From an uncultured bacterium (GTDB lineage: Bacteria > Patescibacteriota > Patescibacteriia > 2-12-FULL-60-25): 64,000 nt of DNA. The notes under the pieces are model-generated. The model was not told the origin of the DNA and ran no database searches. It saw only the letters and a program-made list of their open reading frames with translations. Made by a program: the position numbers and the translations under genes. Shown here one piece after another: positions 17,833 to 27,188 of the stretch (positions are counted from its first letter, which is position 1; every line of letters starts with the position of its first letter). The stretch lies in the NCBI GenBank assembly GCA_937949995.1, contig CALFEO010000002.1, positions 1,090 through 65,089 of the forward strand. The letters run 5' to 3'.

Positions 17833-19044
17833 ATGGATTTCGCAGAATTACAAAAAGCCCTCGTTGAGGAAACTCAAAAAGGCATGGAAACCATTAAGTC
17901 CGAAATGGATAACTTAATGGCGGAACGCATGAAGACTCTGGTCGGCGAAGAACGCGCCAACATCACAAAGGAGATCGTACAAACACTACGCGCAGAGCGC
18001 GCTGTTTTGGGATATGATAAGACCGGATTATCCAAAGAACAGAAAAAGGCTTTTGCCGAGACCGTTAAAGCCGTTGCTTTCGGTGCAATTGTCAAAGCCA
18101 ACGAAGAACTCATCTCCGAGTCTGACGCTCGGGGCGGGTACTTGATTCCGGTCGAAGTTGCCGGCGCCATTCTCCGCATTGCGGCCAGCGTTGGCATCGT
18201 CATGAGCCAAGCACGTCCTTGGACCATGAACACGGATGAATTGGATATTCCCAGCTATACCGGTTCTTTCTTGGAAGGTGAATATTTGGGCGTAAACGCC
18301 GCGGGTTCTTTAACCGGCGTAACGTTCACCATGGCTCGTTTATTGTCTAAAAAGTGGCAGTTGGCCTTTGCCATGGGCAATGACTTGCTCCAAGACGCCA
18401 ATCAGGATGTAGCGGATTGGTTGCTCGCCTTAGCCGGCGAAGCTCTTGCCAACCAAATTGACAAGCAGGCTTTCGCAGGCACGGGCGCGCCGTTCGTTGG
18501 TTTGTTGAATGACTCGAACGTAACCGTGCAAACACTCGCAAGCGGTAAAGATACCTTTGCCGAGTACGATGTGGTGGAAGATTCATCGGACGCCATTGCC
18601 AACATTGAGGAATCGATGTTAGACGGCGCTGCGTTCTACTTCTCCCGCACAGTTTGGGCCAAGTTGCGCGTGCAAAAGGATGACGCAGGCAGTTATGTTC
18701 TGCCGTCCGTAGGCGCTCCCAGCTCGGGCTTGCTCGCCATGTATCAAACCGGCGGCGGTCCCAAACCGGCCGGTGAGATCTTGGGCTTCCCTGTCTTCAC
18801 TTGCCGACACTTGCCGGCTAACAGCGCAACGGCTGTAAGCACCAAGTTCGGTGTGTTCGGCAACATGAAAGCCTTTGCCTTCGGCAACCGCGGACAGATG
18901 AGCGTGGAGAAGTTCACCTCGGGTACATTCGGTTCCAAGGAAATCGCCTTGGCCGACCAGGTTGGCATGGTTATCAAGCACCGCCACGCTGTGGTCAATG
19001 CTTTACCGGCCGCCTTCAACGTCATTAAGACAGCAGCCTCCTAA
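17833..19044 (+). CDS. major capsid protein (HK97 fold)
   Basis: N-terminal delta-domain-like coiled coil, then GGYLIP.EVAGAILR and the rest of the Phage_capsid pattern; lies after the protease. Confidence 0.9.
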   Translation: MDFAELQKALVEETQKGMETIKSEMDNLMAERMKTLVGEERANITKEIVQTLRAERAVLGYDKTGLSKEQKKAFAETVKAVAFGAIVKANEELISESDARGGYLIPVEVAGAILRIAASVGIVMSQARPWTMNTDELDIPSYTGSFLEGEYLGVNAAGSLTGVTFTMARLLSKKWQLAFAMGNDLLQDANQDVADWLLALAGEALANQIDKQAFAGTGAPFVGLLNDSNVTVQTLASGKDTFAEYDVVEDSSDAIANIEESMLDGAAFYFSRTVWAKLRVQKDDAGSYVLPSVGAPSSGLLAMYQTGGGPKPAGEILGFPVFTCRHLPANSATAVSTKFGVFGNMKAFAFGNRGQMSVEKFTSGTFGSKEIALADQVGMVIKHRHAVVNALPAAFNVIKTAAS

Positions 19045-19085
19045 TTCAAATAACGGGGGCGTCTTCGGGCGCCCCTTAGAGAACT

Positions 19086-19391
19086 ATGCCTAAATACAAA
19101 GTTTTACTCCCCATTGGTTGGAGTGGCAGGCATGAGGCAGGCGAGATTGTCGAAATGCCCGAAGAAGCAGCCAAGGCTTTCGGATCCGAGTATTTGACCT
19201 CGGTTGAAGAAATCGAAGAGGAAGAAATCAAGGTGGAAGCCGAAATAGAAGAGGAAGAAATTAAAGATGAACTCGACGATTTGGAACGTGAAGAACTCAA
19301 GGACCTTATTAAAAACGAGGGACTGGAAGTAAAAATCACAAACCTCACCGACGATGAAATTCGCTCGGCTATCCGCGAAGCTCGTAAATAA
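19086..19391 (+). CDS. small acidic head-associated protein with C-terminal HeH/Rho_N-like motif
   Basis: EELKDLIKNEGLEVKITNLTDDEIRSAI resembles a helix-extension-helix motif; lies after the capsid gene. Confidence 0.45.
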   Translation: MPKYKVLLPIGWSGRHEAGEIVEMPEEAAKAFGSEYLTSVEEIEEEEIKVEAEIEEEEIKDELDDLEREELKDLIKNEGLEVKITNLTDDEIRSAIREARK

Positions 19392-19410
19392 TTCACTAAA
19401 TTGAAAAACT

Positions 19411-19818
19411 ATGAAAGTTGCAGAAAATATCGGAGTCGCACAATCTCTCGTCCCCGCAGTCCGTACAATCGACACCGAAGGAACAGGAGTAGACACCATG
19501 GGCTTTGATGAGCTCGTGGCTGTTATTGATGTAGGTGCATTGGATCTTACAAATACCGACGAAACCTATACCGTGAAGCTCCAAGAGGGCGCAACCTCCA
19601 CTCCGACAACGGATATTACAGGCGCCAGCGTCTCAATCACCGCGGCCAACTCGCAAAAGTTGATTCGCGTCAAAGGATTGGGTACAGGCTCGCGCTTGCG
19701 CTATATCCGCGCTTACTTGGACGTGGACGGCACAACCCCGTCAATCGCCTTGAATGTTACCTTTATCATGGGCGGCGCAAAGTGGAATCCTCCGGAATCG
19801 CTGGACGCTGACGTCTAG
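19411..19818 (+). CDS. hypothetical head structural/decoration protein
   Basis: Position in the head module; beta-rich composition; no motif. Confidence 0.45.
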   Translation: MKVAENIGVAQSLVPAVRTIDTEGTGVDTMGFDELVAVIDVGALDLTNTDETYTVKLQEGATSTPTTDITGASVSITAANSQKLIRVKGLGTGSRLRYIRAYLDVDGTTPSIALNVTFIMGGAKWNPPESLDADV

Positions 19819-19858
19819 CCATGTGCCTTTGACAGTCTCTTAGAGGCTGTCAATCCTT

Positions 19859-20461
19859 ATGGCTCTGACTTCATACGCATTGACCACCGTGGCGCGCGTT
19901 AAGACTCGTGCGGGCATTTCGGTTTCCACCTTTGACACATTGCTCGAAGCGCTGATTTGCGCCGTTACGGATTGGGTGGAGAGCTATTGCGACCGCAGAT
20001 TTGTATTAACGCAGTACACCAATGAAGTTTATTCGGGGGACGGGCAAAGGTTTGTTGTCTTAAAGCAAGCCCCAATCACAGAGCTGACATCAGCACAGTA
20101 CAGAGTGGGAACGCCTGACAATCCAACGTGGACTGATTTTCTAGCGAGTGAGTATGAAATCGTGGGAGACGGAAGCTCGGGGATGATACGTATCTACAAT
20201 TCCGCGCCTCACGGTACGAACAACCTGCGCTTTACATACAAGGCAGGCTATACGCTTAATTTGACCACTATCACGAGCAATAACCTGCCACTCGACTTAG
20301 TTGACCTAGTGGAAAGAATCGTCGTTAAAAGCTTCAAAAAACGCCAATCAGAGGGTAAGTCAAGTGAGACGGCGGGGGAAGCGCAGGTAACTTGGGATAA
20401 AGAATTTAGCAAAGAGGATTATTTGACGCTTAACCGCCATAAACGGGTGTTTTTAGGCTGA
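19859..20461 (+). CDS. head-tail connector (gp6-like)
   Basis: LTTVARVKTRAGIS...FDTLLEALICAVTDWVESYCDRRF is the typical gp6-like N-terminus. Confidence 0.7.
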   Translation: MALTSYALTTVARVKTRAGISVSTFDTLLEALICAVTDWVESYCDRRFVLTQYTNEVYSGDGQRFVVLKQAPITELTSAQYRVGTPDNPTWTDFLASEYEIVGDGSSGMIRIYNSAPHGTNNLRFTYKAGYTLNLTTITSNNLPLDLVDLVERIVVKSFKKRQSEGKSSETAGEAQVTWDKEFSKEDYLTLNRHKRVFLG

Positions 20462-20462
20462 T

Positions 20463-20852
20463 ATGGCAAACATTACGATCAAGATTGAGGGGCTGGACGC
20501 TTTACGGGGTGCTTTTAGAAAGTTTCCCTCCATTTCAGAGAAGTACCTGCAAAAAGGAATCGATAGAAGCATTGCGATAATTCATAATCTATCCGCGAGG
20601 CAAAAAGGAATCGTACCCGTTCTTACAGGCAATTTATCAGACAGTTTTTCAAAGGGTATCAGACTGGAACGCTTAAAAGGAAGTATTCGGCCGACCGCAA
20701 AATACGCCAAGTCCGTAAATGACGGCACGCGCAAAATGAAACCGCGCAGATACATGGAAAAGCTGGCAGAAACAGCCACGCCGAAGATACAGAAAGAGTT
20801 TGATCAAGCCGTAGAGGGCTTAGTCAACGAAATCGCTAAACAAGCCAAGTAG
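20463..20852 (+). CDS. HK97 gp10-family head-tail adaptor
   Basis: VPVLTGNLSDSF motif and size; gene order. Confidence 0.7.
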   Translation: MANITIKIEGLDALRGAFRKFPSISEKYLQKGIDRSIAIIHNLSARQKGIVPVLTGNLSDSFSKGIRLERLKGSIRPTAKYAKSVNDGTRKMKPRRYMEKLAETATPKIQKEFDQAVEGLVNEIAKQAK

Positions 20853-20853
20853 T

Positions 20854-21291
20854 ATGTCATTCGTATCACTCAGAGCCAAAATCAAGGCCATGCTGGACGC
20901 CAGAAAGACCGCCACTATCTTGGGGGAGGTTTTTGACGGGGAGCAGGATCAACAGAACATGGAGATCTCGGCTTATCCCGTGGCAGAGTTACGACGCACA
21001 CAAAGCGAGGGGGATTTTTTCACCAACAAAGAAGATATCGTTTCATACGATTTTGACATCATCATCTACGCCGAAATGACTGACCAGGGAGCGAGCGCGG
21101 CTGAAAAGCAGTTAGACGCCGTACTCGATGACTTGCTTTATCAATTCGCCAAAGACCGCACACTCACAGGCACGGCGGACGCAGGCGTTGACCCTGGCGT
21201 AACAAACGGCGGGATAATCGAGTGGAGAGGCAAACCGCATTACGTATCAATCCTCCGACTGCGGTGCAAAAAAATACTGGACTTGACCTAG
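20854..21291 (+). CDS. putative tail completion/terminator protein
   Basis: Assigned from gene order and size only. Confidence 0.4.
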   Translation: MSFVSLRAKIKAMLDARKTATILGEVFDGEQDQQNMEISAYPVAELRRTQSEGDFFTNKEDIVSYDFDIIIYAEMTDQGASAAEKQLDAVLDDLLYQFAKDRTLTGTADAGVDPGVTNGGIIEWRGKPHYVSILRLRCKKILDLT

Positions 21292-21342
21292 CTGTGGATA
21301 TTACGGGCTTGTCGGGGGAGTAATTCGCTACGATGAAACCAT

Positions 21343-21528
21343 ATGATGAAAGAAGCCCAAAACAAGAAAATCTCGAGCGCGCCTCAATCAAAAAGCGAGG
21401 CAAAGCGCTTGGAGGTGCAAAAAGAGACTCTGCAAGAGTTTTATTTTAGTGCCACGGAAGAACGAGGACCCGTAACTATTAAAGCGACTTCACTTGATGA
21501 GGCGCGTAAAAAATATAATCAATTATGA
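21343..21528 (+). CDS. small hypothetical protein
   Basis: 61-aa ATG ORF overlapping the next start; weak support. Confidence 0.3.
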   Translation: MMKEAQNKKISSAPQSKSEAKRLEVQKETLQEFYFSATEERGPVTIKATSLDEARKKYNQL

Positions 21529-22757
21529 GCAAAATCATCGGTTCACGCCTCGACTTTGGCGTAGCAAAAGAAACAACCCGCGGAACAGCCAACGCTCCGT
21601 CTTATTGGTTGCGCCCCATGGACATTTCCGTGGATGAGAAAGTCATGCGGTCTATGGATGAAGGACGCAGGAATTTAATCGAGGACAGCATAGACTCACA
21701 AGTAGTCGGCAAATTCGCTGAGGGTGAGTTTACGGTTGCTCTTCGAGACAAATCTCTCGGCTTATTGTTCTACAACATCTTCGGGGCTGTATCCTCGGCC
21801 GTTAAAGGCGGTGAGGCGGTAGTTTATGAGCATACCTACACTGTCTATCAAAGCAATCAACATCAATCGCTCTGTGTGCACGTTAAAGAGGCAAATTCGG
21901 GTAAGGATTACGCTTTGGCCATGCTCGACTCCATGGAGCTATCAGTTGAACTGGAACGCCATGCAACGGCACAATTCGGCTTTAGAGCGAAGACCGGAGG
22001 GCTGGCGACTCTTGGCGCGTTTACGGTAACAATCGCCAATCCGGCTGTTGTTACTCTCACCGGCCACGGTTTAGTTACCGGCGACGCGGTTACGCTTGCA
22101 ACCACCGGAGCATTACCTACCGGACTCACGGCCGGCACCACTTATTACGTCGTCTATGTTACGGCTGATACCTTTAGCTTGGCGACTTCGCTGGCCAATG
22201 CTCTGGCAGGCACCAAGATTGAAACCACCGGCACGCAGTCAGGAACGCATACCGCGACCCTAGCCTCACGTTACGCCGCTTACGTAGCTGAAAACGTCTT
22301 TTTGCCGACTCACGCAAGCGTTAAATTCGCAACCAATCAAGCCGGACTCGACGCGGCCAGCGCAATCAACGTGAGATCTTGCGTAGTTAAGGTTAATAAA
22401 AACATTGAGGATGACAGAGCCTTAGGAAACGTCAATCAGGTGGACATCGTAAACAAAACCTTTTCCGTGGACGGCGAGATTGAGCTGGTCTACAACGATC
22501 AAACCTACGTTACGCAGATGTTGGACAACACAACCAAAGCCCTGCGCTTAAAACTCACCAACAGCGACGTAACTATCGGCACAGCCTCTAATCCGGACAT
22601 CCAAATTGACTTAAACAAAGTCCTGCTCGAAGAAGTAACGCGAGACCTTTCCAAAGACGGCGTGGTTACGCAAGTTTTGGCTTTCAAGGCGTTTTTCTCT
22701 GAAACGGACAGCAAAATGGTACAAGTCATTTTAACCAACCTAGCCACCTCTTACTAA
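21525..22757 (+). CDS. major tail protein with an inserted domain
   Basis: Position after the connectors; tail-tube-like N and C parts. Central insert TLTGHGLVTGDAVTLATTGALPTGLTAGTTYYVVYVTADTFSLA. Confidence 0.55.
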   Translation: MSKIIGSRLDFGVAKETTRGTANAPSYWLRPMDISVDEKVMRSMDEGRRNLIEDSIDSQVVGKFAEGEFTVALRDKSLGLLFYNIFGAVSSAVKGGEAVVYEHTYTVYQSNQHQSLCVHVKEANSGKDYALAMLDSMELSVELERHATAQFGFRAKTGGLATLGAFTVTIANPAVVTLTGHGLVTGDAVTLATTGALPTGLTAGTTYYVVYVTADTFSLATSLANALAGTKIETTGTQSGTHTATLASRYAAYVAENVFLPTHASVKFATNQAGLDAASAINVRSCVVKVNKNIEDDRALGNVNQVDIVNKTFSVDGEIELVYNDQTYVTQMLDNTTKALRLKLTNSDVTIGTASNPDIQIDLNKVLLEEVTRDLSKDGVVTQVLAFKAFFSETDSKMVQVILTNLATSY

Positions 22758-22758
22758 T

Positions 22759-23037
22759 ATGTATCGCAGACCGACCATACTTAACAAAACCCTGACATTG
22801 GCTGATACGGAATATAGTCAGGTCATTCCGGATGACACAACAAAGCTCGTCATCAAGAGCCGCTCGTTCGGAAATCTTAAAATCGCTTTTGTGGCAACCG
22901 AAAGCGGCACAAATTACCTCACCATCCCGTCGGGAAGTACGGGATACGCGCTGGATGCCGTACACCTCAAGGATTTAACTTTGTACGTGCAAAGCGATGT
23001 CGCGGGTGATGTGTGCGAGATTCTTTGCTGGAAATAA
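22759..23037 (+). CDS. hypothetical small beta-rich protein
   Basis: ATG 1 nt after the upstream stop; no motif. Confidence 0.4.
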   Translation: MYRRPTILNKTLTLADTEYSQVIPDDTTKLVIKSRSFGNLKIAFVATESGTNYLTIPSGSTGYALDAVHLKDLTLYVQSDVAGDVCEILCWK

Positions 23038-23038
23038 T

Positions 23039-23956
23039 ATGCAAATACGAAATATTGTTTTAGGTGCTTTAGCCGCCTTTATCACCACGCTGGGCGTAGC
23101 CGCATGGGCAACCGCGCAAGTAGGCTCAATCAGCTTATTTAAGCTGGTCGGAGGCACTGCTATACAGCCGATAAGGGACACATTTACCATTGGATCCAAT
23201 GCAGAACGTATAGCGCATGGATATTTTGATAATTTGACGGCAACGACAGCCACAATCACAGGCATTTCCGCAGGCGACATCTTGCCTAGTGCAAATAATA
23301 CTTATGATGTGGGGGCCTATGGCTCAGCTTGGAAAGATATTTATGCAAGTGGAACGGTCTTAACAAATTCTTTAAGTATTGATAATGGCTCAGTCGGCAC
23401 ACCAAGTTTGTATTTCGCAAGCGACCCTAATACAGGTATTTGGAAACATAATACTGATACTTTAGGTATTCAATCGGGAGGCTCTAGGGCAATGATTTTT
23501 GGAACGGCTAGTAATCTTTCCTATCATGACTTAAACCCAGATACTACCAGCGCGCGCGACTTGGGTGCTACTTCACTTCATTGGGCAGAATTACACGCAG
23601 ACGACATTTACGGCTACGGCACGCTTTATACAGGCTCACGCCAATTTACAGAGGCGACAGAGGCGTCATTCTTACAAGCGGATAATCAGCCTTGTAACAA
23701 CGGATCGGGCGAACAATGCTCACTTCACTATGATATTGATAGCGAATACATGCTAAAGCTGTATGCAGAGGGTGATGGAGCGGGTGGAATACAAAATAAG
23801 TCAATCAATCTGTACCCAGAAACTTTGAGAGTAGGTGAGGCAAACTCAACATCATATATGTTTATTGGAGCTGGAGATGGGTGTATGGAGCTTGCTTTTA
23901 CAACCAGTTCAACTTTTCCAACCGCTAGTCCAACCAGTACTTCACTTTGTAATTAG
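23039..23956 (+). CDS. N-terminally anchored tail-fibre-like protein with Cys...CN C-terminal module
   Basis: ATG 23039. TM/signal-like IVLGALAAFITTLGVAAWATA; fibre repeat PSANNTYDVGAYGSAWKDIYASG; C-terminus matches 12216..12524. Confidence 0.6.
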   Translation: MQIRNIVLGALAAFITTLGVAAWATAQVGSISLFKLVGGTAIQPIRDTFTIGSNAERIAHGYFDNLTATTATITGISAGDILPSANNTYDVGAYGSAWKDIYASGTVLTNSLSIDNGSVGTPSLYFASDPNTGIWKHNTDTLGIQSGGSRAMIFGTASNLSYHDLNPDTTSARDLGATSLHWAELHADDIYGYGTLYTGSRQFTEATEASFLQADNQPCNNGSGEQCSLHYDIDSEYMLKLYAEGDGAGGIQNKSINLYPETLRVGEANSTSYMFIGAGDGCMELAFTTSSTFPTASPTSTSLCN

Positions 23957-23957
23957 T

Positions 23958-24584
23958 ATGAATACCTTCAAAGATTTAACTAACAAAAAGTTTGGCAGAT
24001 GGACTGTAAAGTCTATCGCTGGGCAGAATAATCGAAAGAAATATCTTTGGAATTGCATTTGTGATTGCGGAACAGAAAAAATTATAATGTCAACAAGTTT
24101 AATCAGCGGGAATAGCAAGAGCTGCGGTTGTTATCAAAAAGAAGTGGTGACAAGACATGGATTATTTAGCCATCCATTAGCACATGTTCATAGAAGCATG
24201 ATGGACAGGTGCTATAACGATAGATGCCCATCCTATAAAGATTATGGGGCTAGAGGCATTGAAGTGTGTGAAAGATGGAAAGATGTCAAAAATTTTGTGG
24301 CTGATTTAGAAAAATCTTACTTAACGGCTAAAAAGAATGGCGGTTATATATCTCTAGATAGGATTAACAATAATAAGAGTTACAGCCCTACAAATACCAG
24401 ATGGGCTGACAGAAAAACACAGCAGAATAATAGGAGAACTAACCATTTTATCCAGTTCGAGGGTATTGAATTAACAATTGCCCAATGGGCAGATAGGCAA
24501 TGTATGAAACGAGAAACTTTAGTCAGTAGATTAAGAAACAATTGGCCTATTGAAAAAGCCTTAACACAGCCAGTTAAAGTATGA
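23958..24584 (+). CDS. Cys-rich DNA-binding-type protein (AP2/homing-endonuclease-associated family, tentative)
   Basis: ATG 23958. FGRWTV...YLWNCICDCG...SCGC, then YGARGIEVCERW and RWADRKTQQNNRR, a pattern common in phage freestanding DNA-binding/HNH-associated genes. Confidence 0.45.
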   Translation: MNTFKDLTNKKFGRWTVKSIAGQNNRKKYLWNCICDCGTEKIIMSTSLISGNSKSCGCYQKEVVTRHGLFSHPLAHVHRSMMDRCYNDRCPSYKDYGARGIEVCERWKDVKNFVADLEKSYLTAKKNGGYISLDRINNNKSYSPTNTRWADRKTQQNNRRTNHFIQFEGIELTIAQWADRQCMKRETLVSRLRNNWPIEKALTQPVKV

Positions 24585-25891
24585 TTAAGAAATTTTTTAT
24601 TAGCTTTCTAGCCCTTACAACAATCCTCTCAATGACGGGGAGCGTTTTTGCGCTTGGCACATTTAAGGATGGGGAGAAGCAGTTGTTGACAGATGGCGAC
24701 ATGGAAGCGGCGGGTATTTCGTGGGCATCAGGTGGTGCGGCGACATTATCAAAGTCAACGGATTTGCCCCATTCGGGAAATAAGGCATTGCGGGCGACAT
24801 ATAGTGGCTCGGCTACGGCATATATTTATATCACTCCAACAGGGATGACTCCCGGAGAAACGTATAAATTGGGCGTTTGGACTCGCACGGATGGAACGGC
24901 TACGATGAGGTTCCAGGACGGGGTGGTTTGGTTTGGAATCGGCCCGGTTGCTCCCACGGAATGGACATATTATGAGGCCGTAGTAACAGCGGGGGGCAGT
25001 AGCTTGTATTGGGAGGTTACTTTTGGTGGCGGCACATGGGCAGAGATTGATGATGTTGTTTTTACCGAATACAAAGGCGAAACGCTTAATGCGGAGAAGC
25101 AGGTTTTAGTTAATGGTGATTTAGAAATTGGGGCAACCACCGGATGGATTGCTGGAGCAAGTGCGACATTGACGGCAGATACGACCAGCCCATTCGACGG
25201 TACTTACAGCCTTAAAGTTGCTCACAATGGAACAAACTCACCCTACGCTTACCAGGCTGTTAGCGCGGCTACTAAATATCATGTTACTGGAGTAGCCTCC
25301 GGTGACGGCACTTTTGCCCCAAATATTCGAGACCATGGCGGTACTCTGTTTTGGACGGGTACAAATAGTACAAGCTGGCAATATTTTGATTTGACGTATA
25401 CCTCTGTTGGTTCAAGGCTTGATTTTGTTTGCGGAGCAACAGGGGCAGGCTATTGCAAATTTGATAACGTAACAGTTACCAAATACAAAGGCGAAACGCT
25501 TAATGCGGAGAAGCAGATCATGGCGGACGGGGATATGGAGGCGAGCGGAACCACAGCATGGACGGCAAATCTTTCCTCAACGCCGTCTAAGGTTGCTGGC
25601 TATTATGGTGTTGGTCTGCAAACCGTCGCCGGCTCAAATACCAACTATACGGGGCAAACGGCTACTGTCAGCGGTAGTAGATATAAGGTTTCAGGTTATT
25701 ACAGGGTTACAGGTGGTGGCGGCAATGCTGTTATAAGAAGCACTACGTCAATAGTCGCTACGCTTGGCAATCTTGCAACGTGGACATATTTCAGCGCGGA
25801 ATTTACGGCTGTAAGCAGTTTTTGGGGCGTTGGAGCAAGTCTTAACGGGACAACAGTGCAATGGGACGAACTAACATTGACACGATTATAA
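24581..25891 (+). CDS. secreted protein with three carbohydrate-binding-module-like repeats
   Basis: Signal peptide (FFISFLALTTILSMTGSVFA). Three ~138-aa repeats each opening with (E)KQ.L.(D/N)GD(M/L)E, as in CBM4/9-type modules. Identical 35-nt DNA at 25068 and 25482. Confidence 0.55.
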   Translation: MIKKFFISFLALTTILSMTGSVFALGTFKDGEKQLLTDGDMEAAGISWASGGAATLSKSTDLPHSGNKALRATYSGSATAYIYITPTGMTPGETYKLGVWTRTDGTATMRFQDGVVWFGIGPVAPTEWTYYEAVVTAGGSSLYWEVTFGGGTWAEIDDVVFTEYKGETLNAEKQVLVNGDLEIGATTGWIAGASATLTADTTSPFDGTYSLKVAHNGTNSPYAYQAVSAATKYHVTGVASGDGTFAPNIRDHGGTLFWTGTNSTSWQYFDLTYTSVGSRLDFVCGATGAGYCKFDNVTVTKYKGETLNAEKQIMADGDMEASGTTAWTANLSSTPSKVAGYYGVGLQTVAGSNTNYTGQTATVSGSRYKVSGYYRVTGGGGNAVIRSTTSIVATLGNLATWTYFSAEFTAVSSFWGVGASLNGTTVQWDELTLTRL

Positions 25892-25929
25892 AGAGGAAAT
25901 TAACAGCAACACATCTAAAATTGACTAAT

Positions 25930-26343
25930 ATGGATAGTAAAAAAGCATTGATTGGAGCAGGAACAGTAGCGGCTGTCGCAACAGGCGTGTGGCTTACGGT
26001 ATCCGAGCCTAAGGAAGTACCGCTTACAGCAACTAAAGACCAAGAGGCTTACAAGACCACATTGCAAACCTGCGATTCTAAGGGCTTAAACTGCCGTGTA
26101 TTGACCAAAGACGAGTACATGGGGCTTAGAGCCTATTACGCAGGAAAAGTGGACGCTACGGGGCATTTTACGGGTTCATGGCAGGATTTGCAGACGTATA
26201 TCCAATTAGTCAATGAGGATGCCAAAGCGAAAGACGAGCCTGTAATTTCAGGAGAGTTTAAGGATGGTGTAATCATCGAAAAAATAAATGAAAGATTAAA
26301 ACCTAAAGTAATCGAAGTAACACCTAAAGAAATAACCAAATAA
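25930..26343 (+). CDS. N-terminally membrane-anchored protein, unknown function
   Basis: ATG 25930. TM helix ALIGAGTVAAVATGVWLTV, then a soluble domain. Confidence 0.45.
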   Translation: MDSKKALIGAGTVAAVATGVWLTVSEPKEVPLTATKDQEAYKTTLQTCDSKGLNCRVLTKDEYMGLRAYYAGKVDATGHFTGSWQDLQTYIQLVNEDAKAKDEPVISGEFKDGVIIEKINERLKPKVIEVTPKEITK

Positions 26344-26351
26344 GAGGGGAT

Positions 26352-26612
26352 ATGAGCAATGAGAATCAATTTATCGACATGCTGAAAGCGCACACTGAAA
26401 ATGAGGAGCGCAGATTTAACGCCATAGAACACGGCATCGAAACGATAAAAAACAATCATCTCGCTCATATTGAAGAAGACATCTCGGACATTCAAAAGAA
26501 GCAATCAACACACTCATCCGACATAGGTTGGATAAAGTGGCTGGTTACAACAACGCTCGGAGCTGTGATAGTGGGAATCATATCCGCAGTGTTGGCTTTA
26601 ATTCTTAAGTAG
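26352..26612 (+). CDS. XhlA-like lysis-associated membrane protein
   Basis: Coiled-coil N-terminus plus a single C-terminal TM helix (WLVTTTLGAVIVGIISAVLALIL); SD agagggg; precedes the holin. Confidence 0.45.
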   Translation: MSNENQFIDMLKAHTENEERRFNAIEHGIETIKNNHLAHIEEDISDIQKKQSTHSSDIGWIKWLVTTTLGAVIVGIISAVLALILK

Positions 26613-26617
26613 GTAAT

Positions 26618-26911
26618 ATGGATACATTTATTCAAATTTTAAGTACATTGTTGCTGATAGCCGGTGGAGCCGGTGGAGTCTGGGGAGCTACGGAGATCGT
26701 CAAGCGATCAAAAAACATTCCTTGGATCAACGAAGGTAATAAGCCGGCTTTGCGTGCAACCGCCGCCGCATTTTCCGCCCTAGCTGTCGTTTTTCTCGGT
26801 TTAGTCTCCGGAAGTCTCACGCCGGAAAGCGTTCAGGATGTTTTTGTGAAAATCTTAGAAGCTGGAATTATTTGGGCGGGCGCACACGGAATGCACAAAC
26901 TAAACAAATAA
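26618..26911 (+). CDS. holin
   Basis: 97 aa, 2-3 TM helices, charged C-terminus; lies in the lysis cassette. Confidence 0.55.
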   Translation: MDTFIQILSTLLLIAGGAGGVWGATEIVKRSKNIPWINEGNKPALRATAAAFSALAVVFLGLVSGSLTPESVQDVFVKILEAGIIWAGAHGMHKLNK

Positions 26912-27010
26912 CAGATATCTTGAGCCTCTTTGGGGCGTTTTAGGGCGGTACAATTCGTACCTTCCATGCAGACATGCATGTTCATCACCGCCCGCGCCAT
27001 GGAGGTTGAA

Positions 27011-27187
27011 ATGGCAAAAAGCAAAAGGAAGAAGCACCAGCTGGCTGAAATCGCCAGAATGGAACTTGAAAATGGACAGGTTGTGATTACACCTGTTGAA
27101 AAGGAGGAGAAAATCAGTATCAAGGAGGCTTTCCGCCGAGGACAGCGAAAGCCCAAACTGCTCATTAAAAGCTCACATGGAGGATGA
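27011..27187 (+). CDS. small basic protein (58 aa)
   Basis: GGAGG 5 nt upstream of ATG 27011 (MAKSKRKK). Confidence 0.4.
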   Translation: MAKSKRKKHQLAEIARMELENGQVVITPVEKEEKISIKEAFRRGQRKPKLLIKSSHGG

Positions 27188-27188
27188 C

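Noticed and set aside
18347-19025. Minus-strand ORFs inside the major capsid gene
   Set aside because: They are GC-rich shadow frames of a strongly supported capsid ORF.
21333-21440. Alternative small ORF starting at ATG 21333 in another frame, upstream of the major tail gene
   Set aside because: It is short and basic, has no coupling signal and cannot be distinguished from chance. The 21343 ORF is itself kept only at low confidence.
25064-25516. 39-nt near-identical DNA repeat (25064 and 25478), considered as a mobile-element or recombination site
   Set aside because: The spacing is 414 bp (138 codons, in frame) and coincides with the boundaries of protein domain repeats. It is an internal domain duplication.
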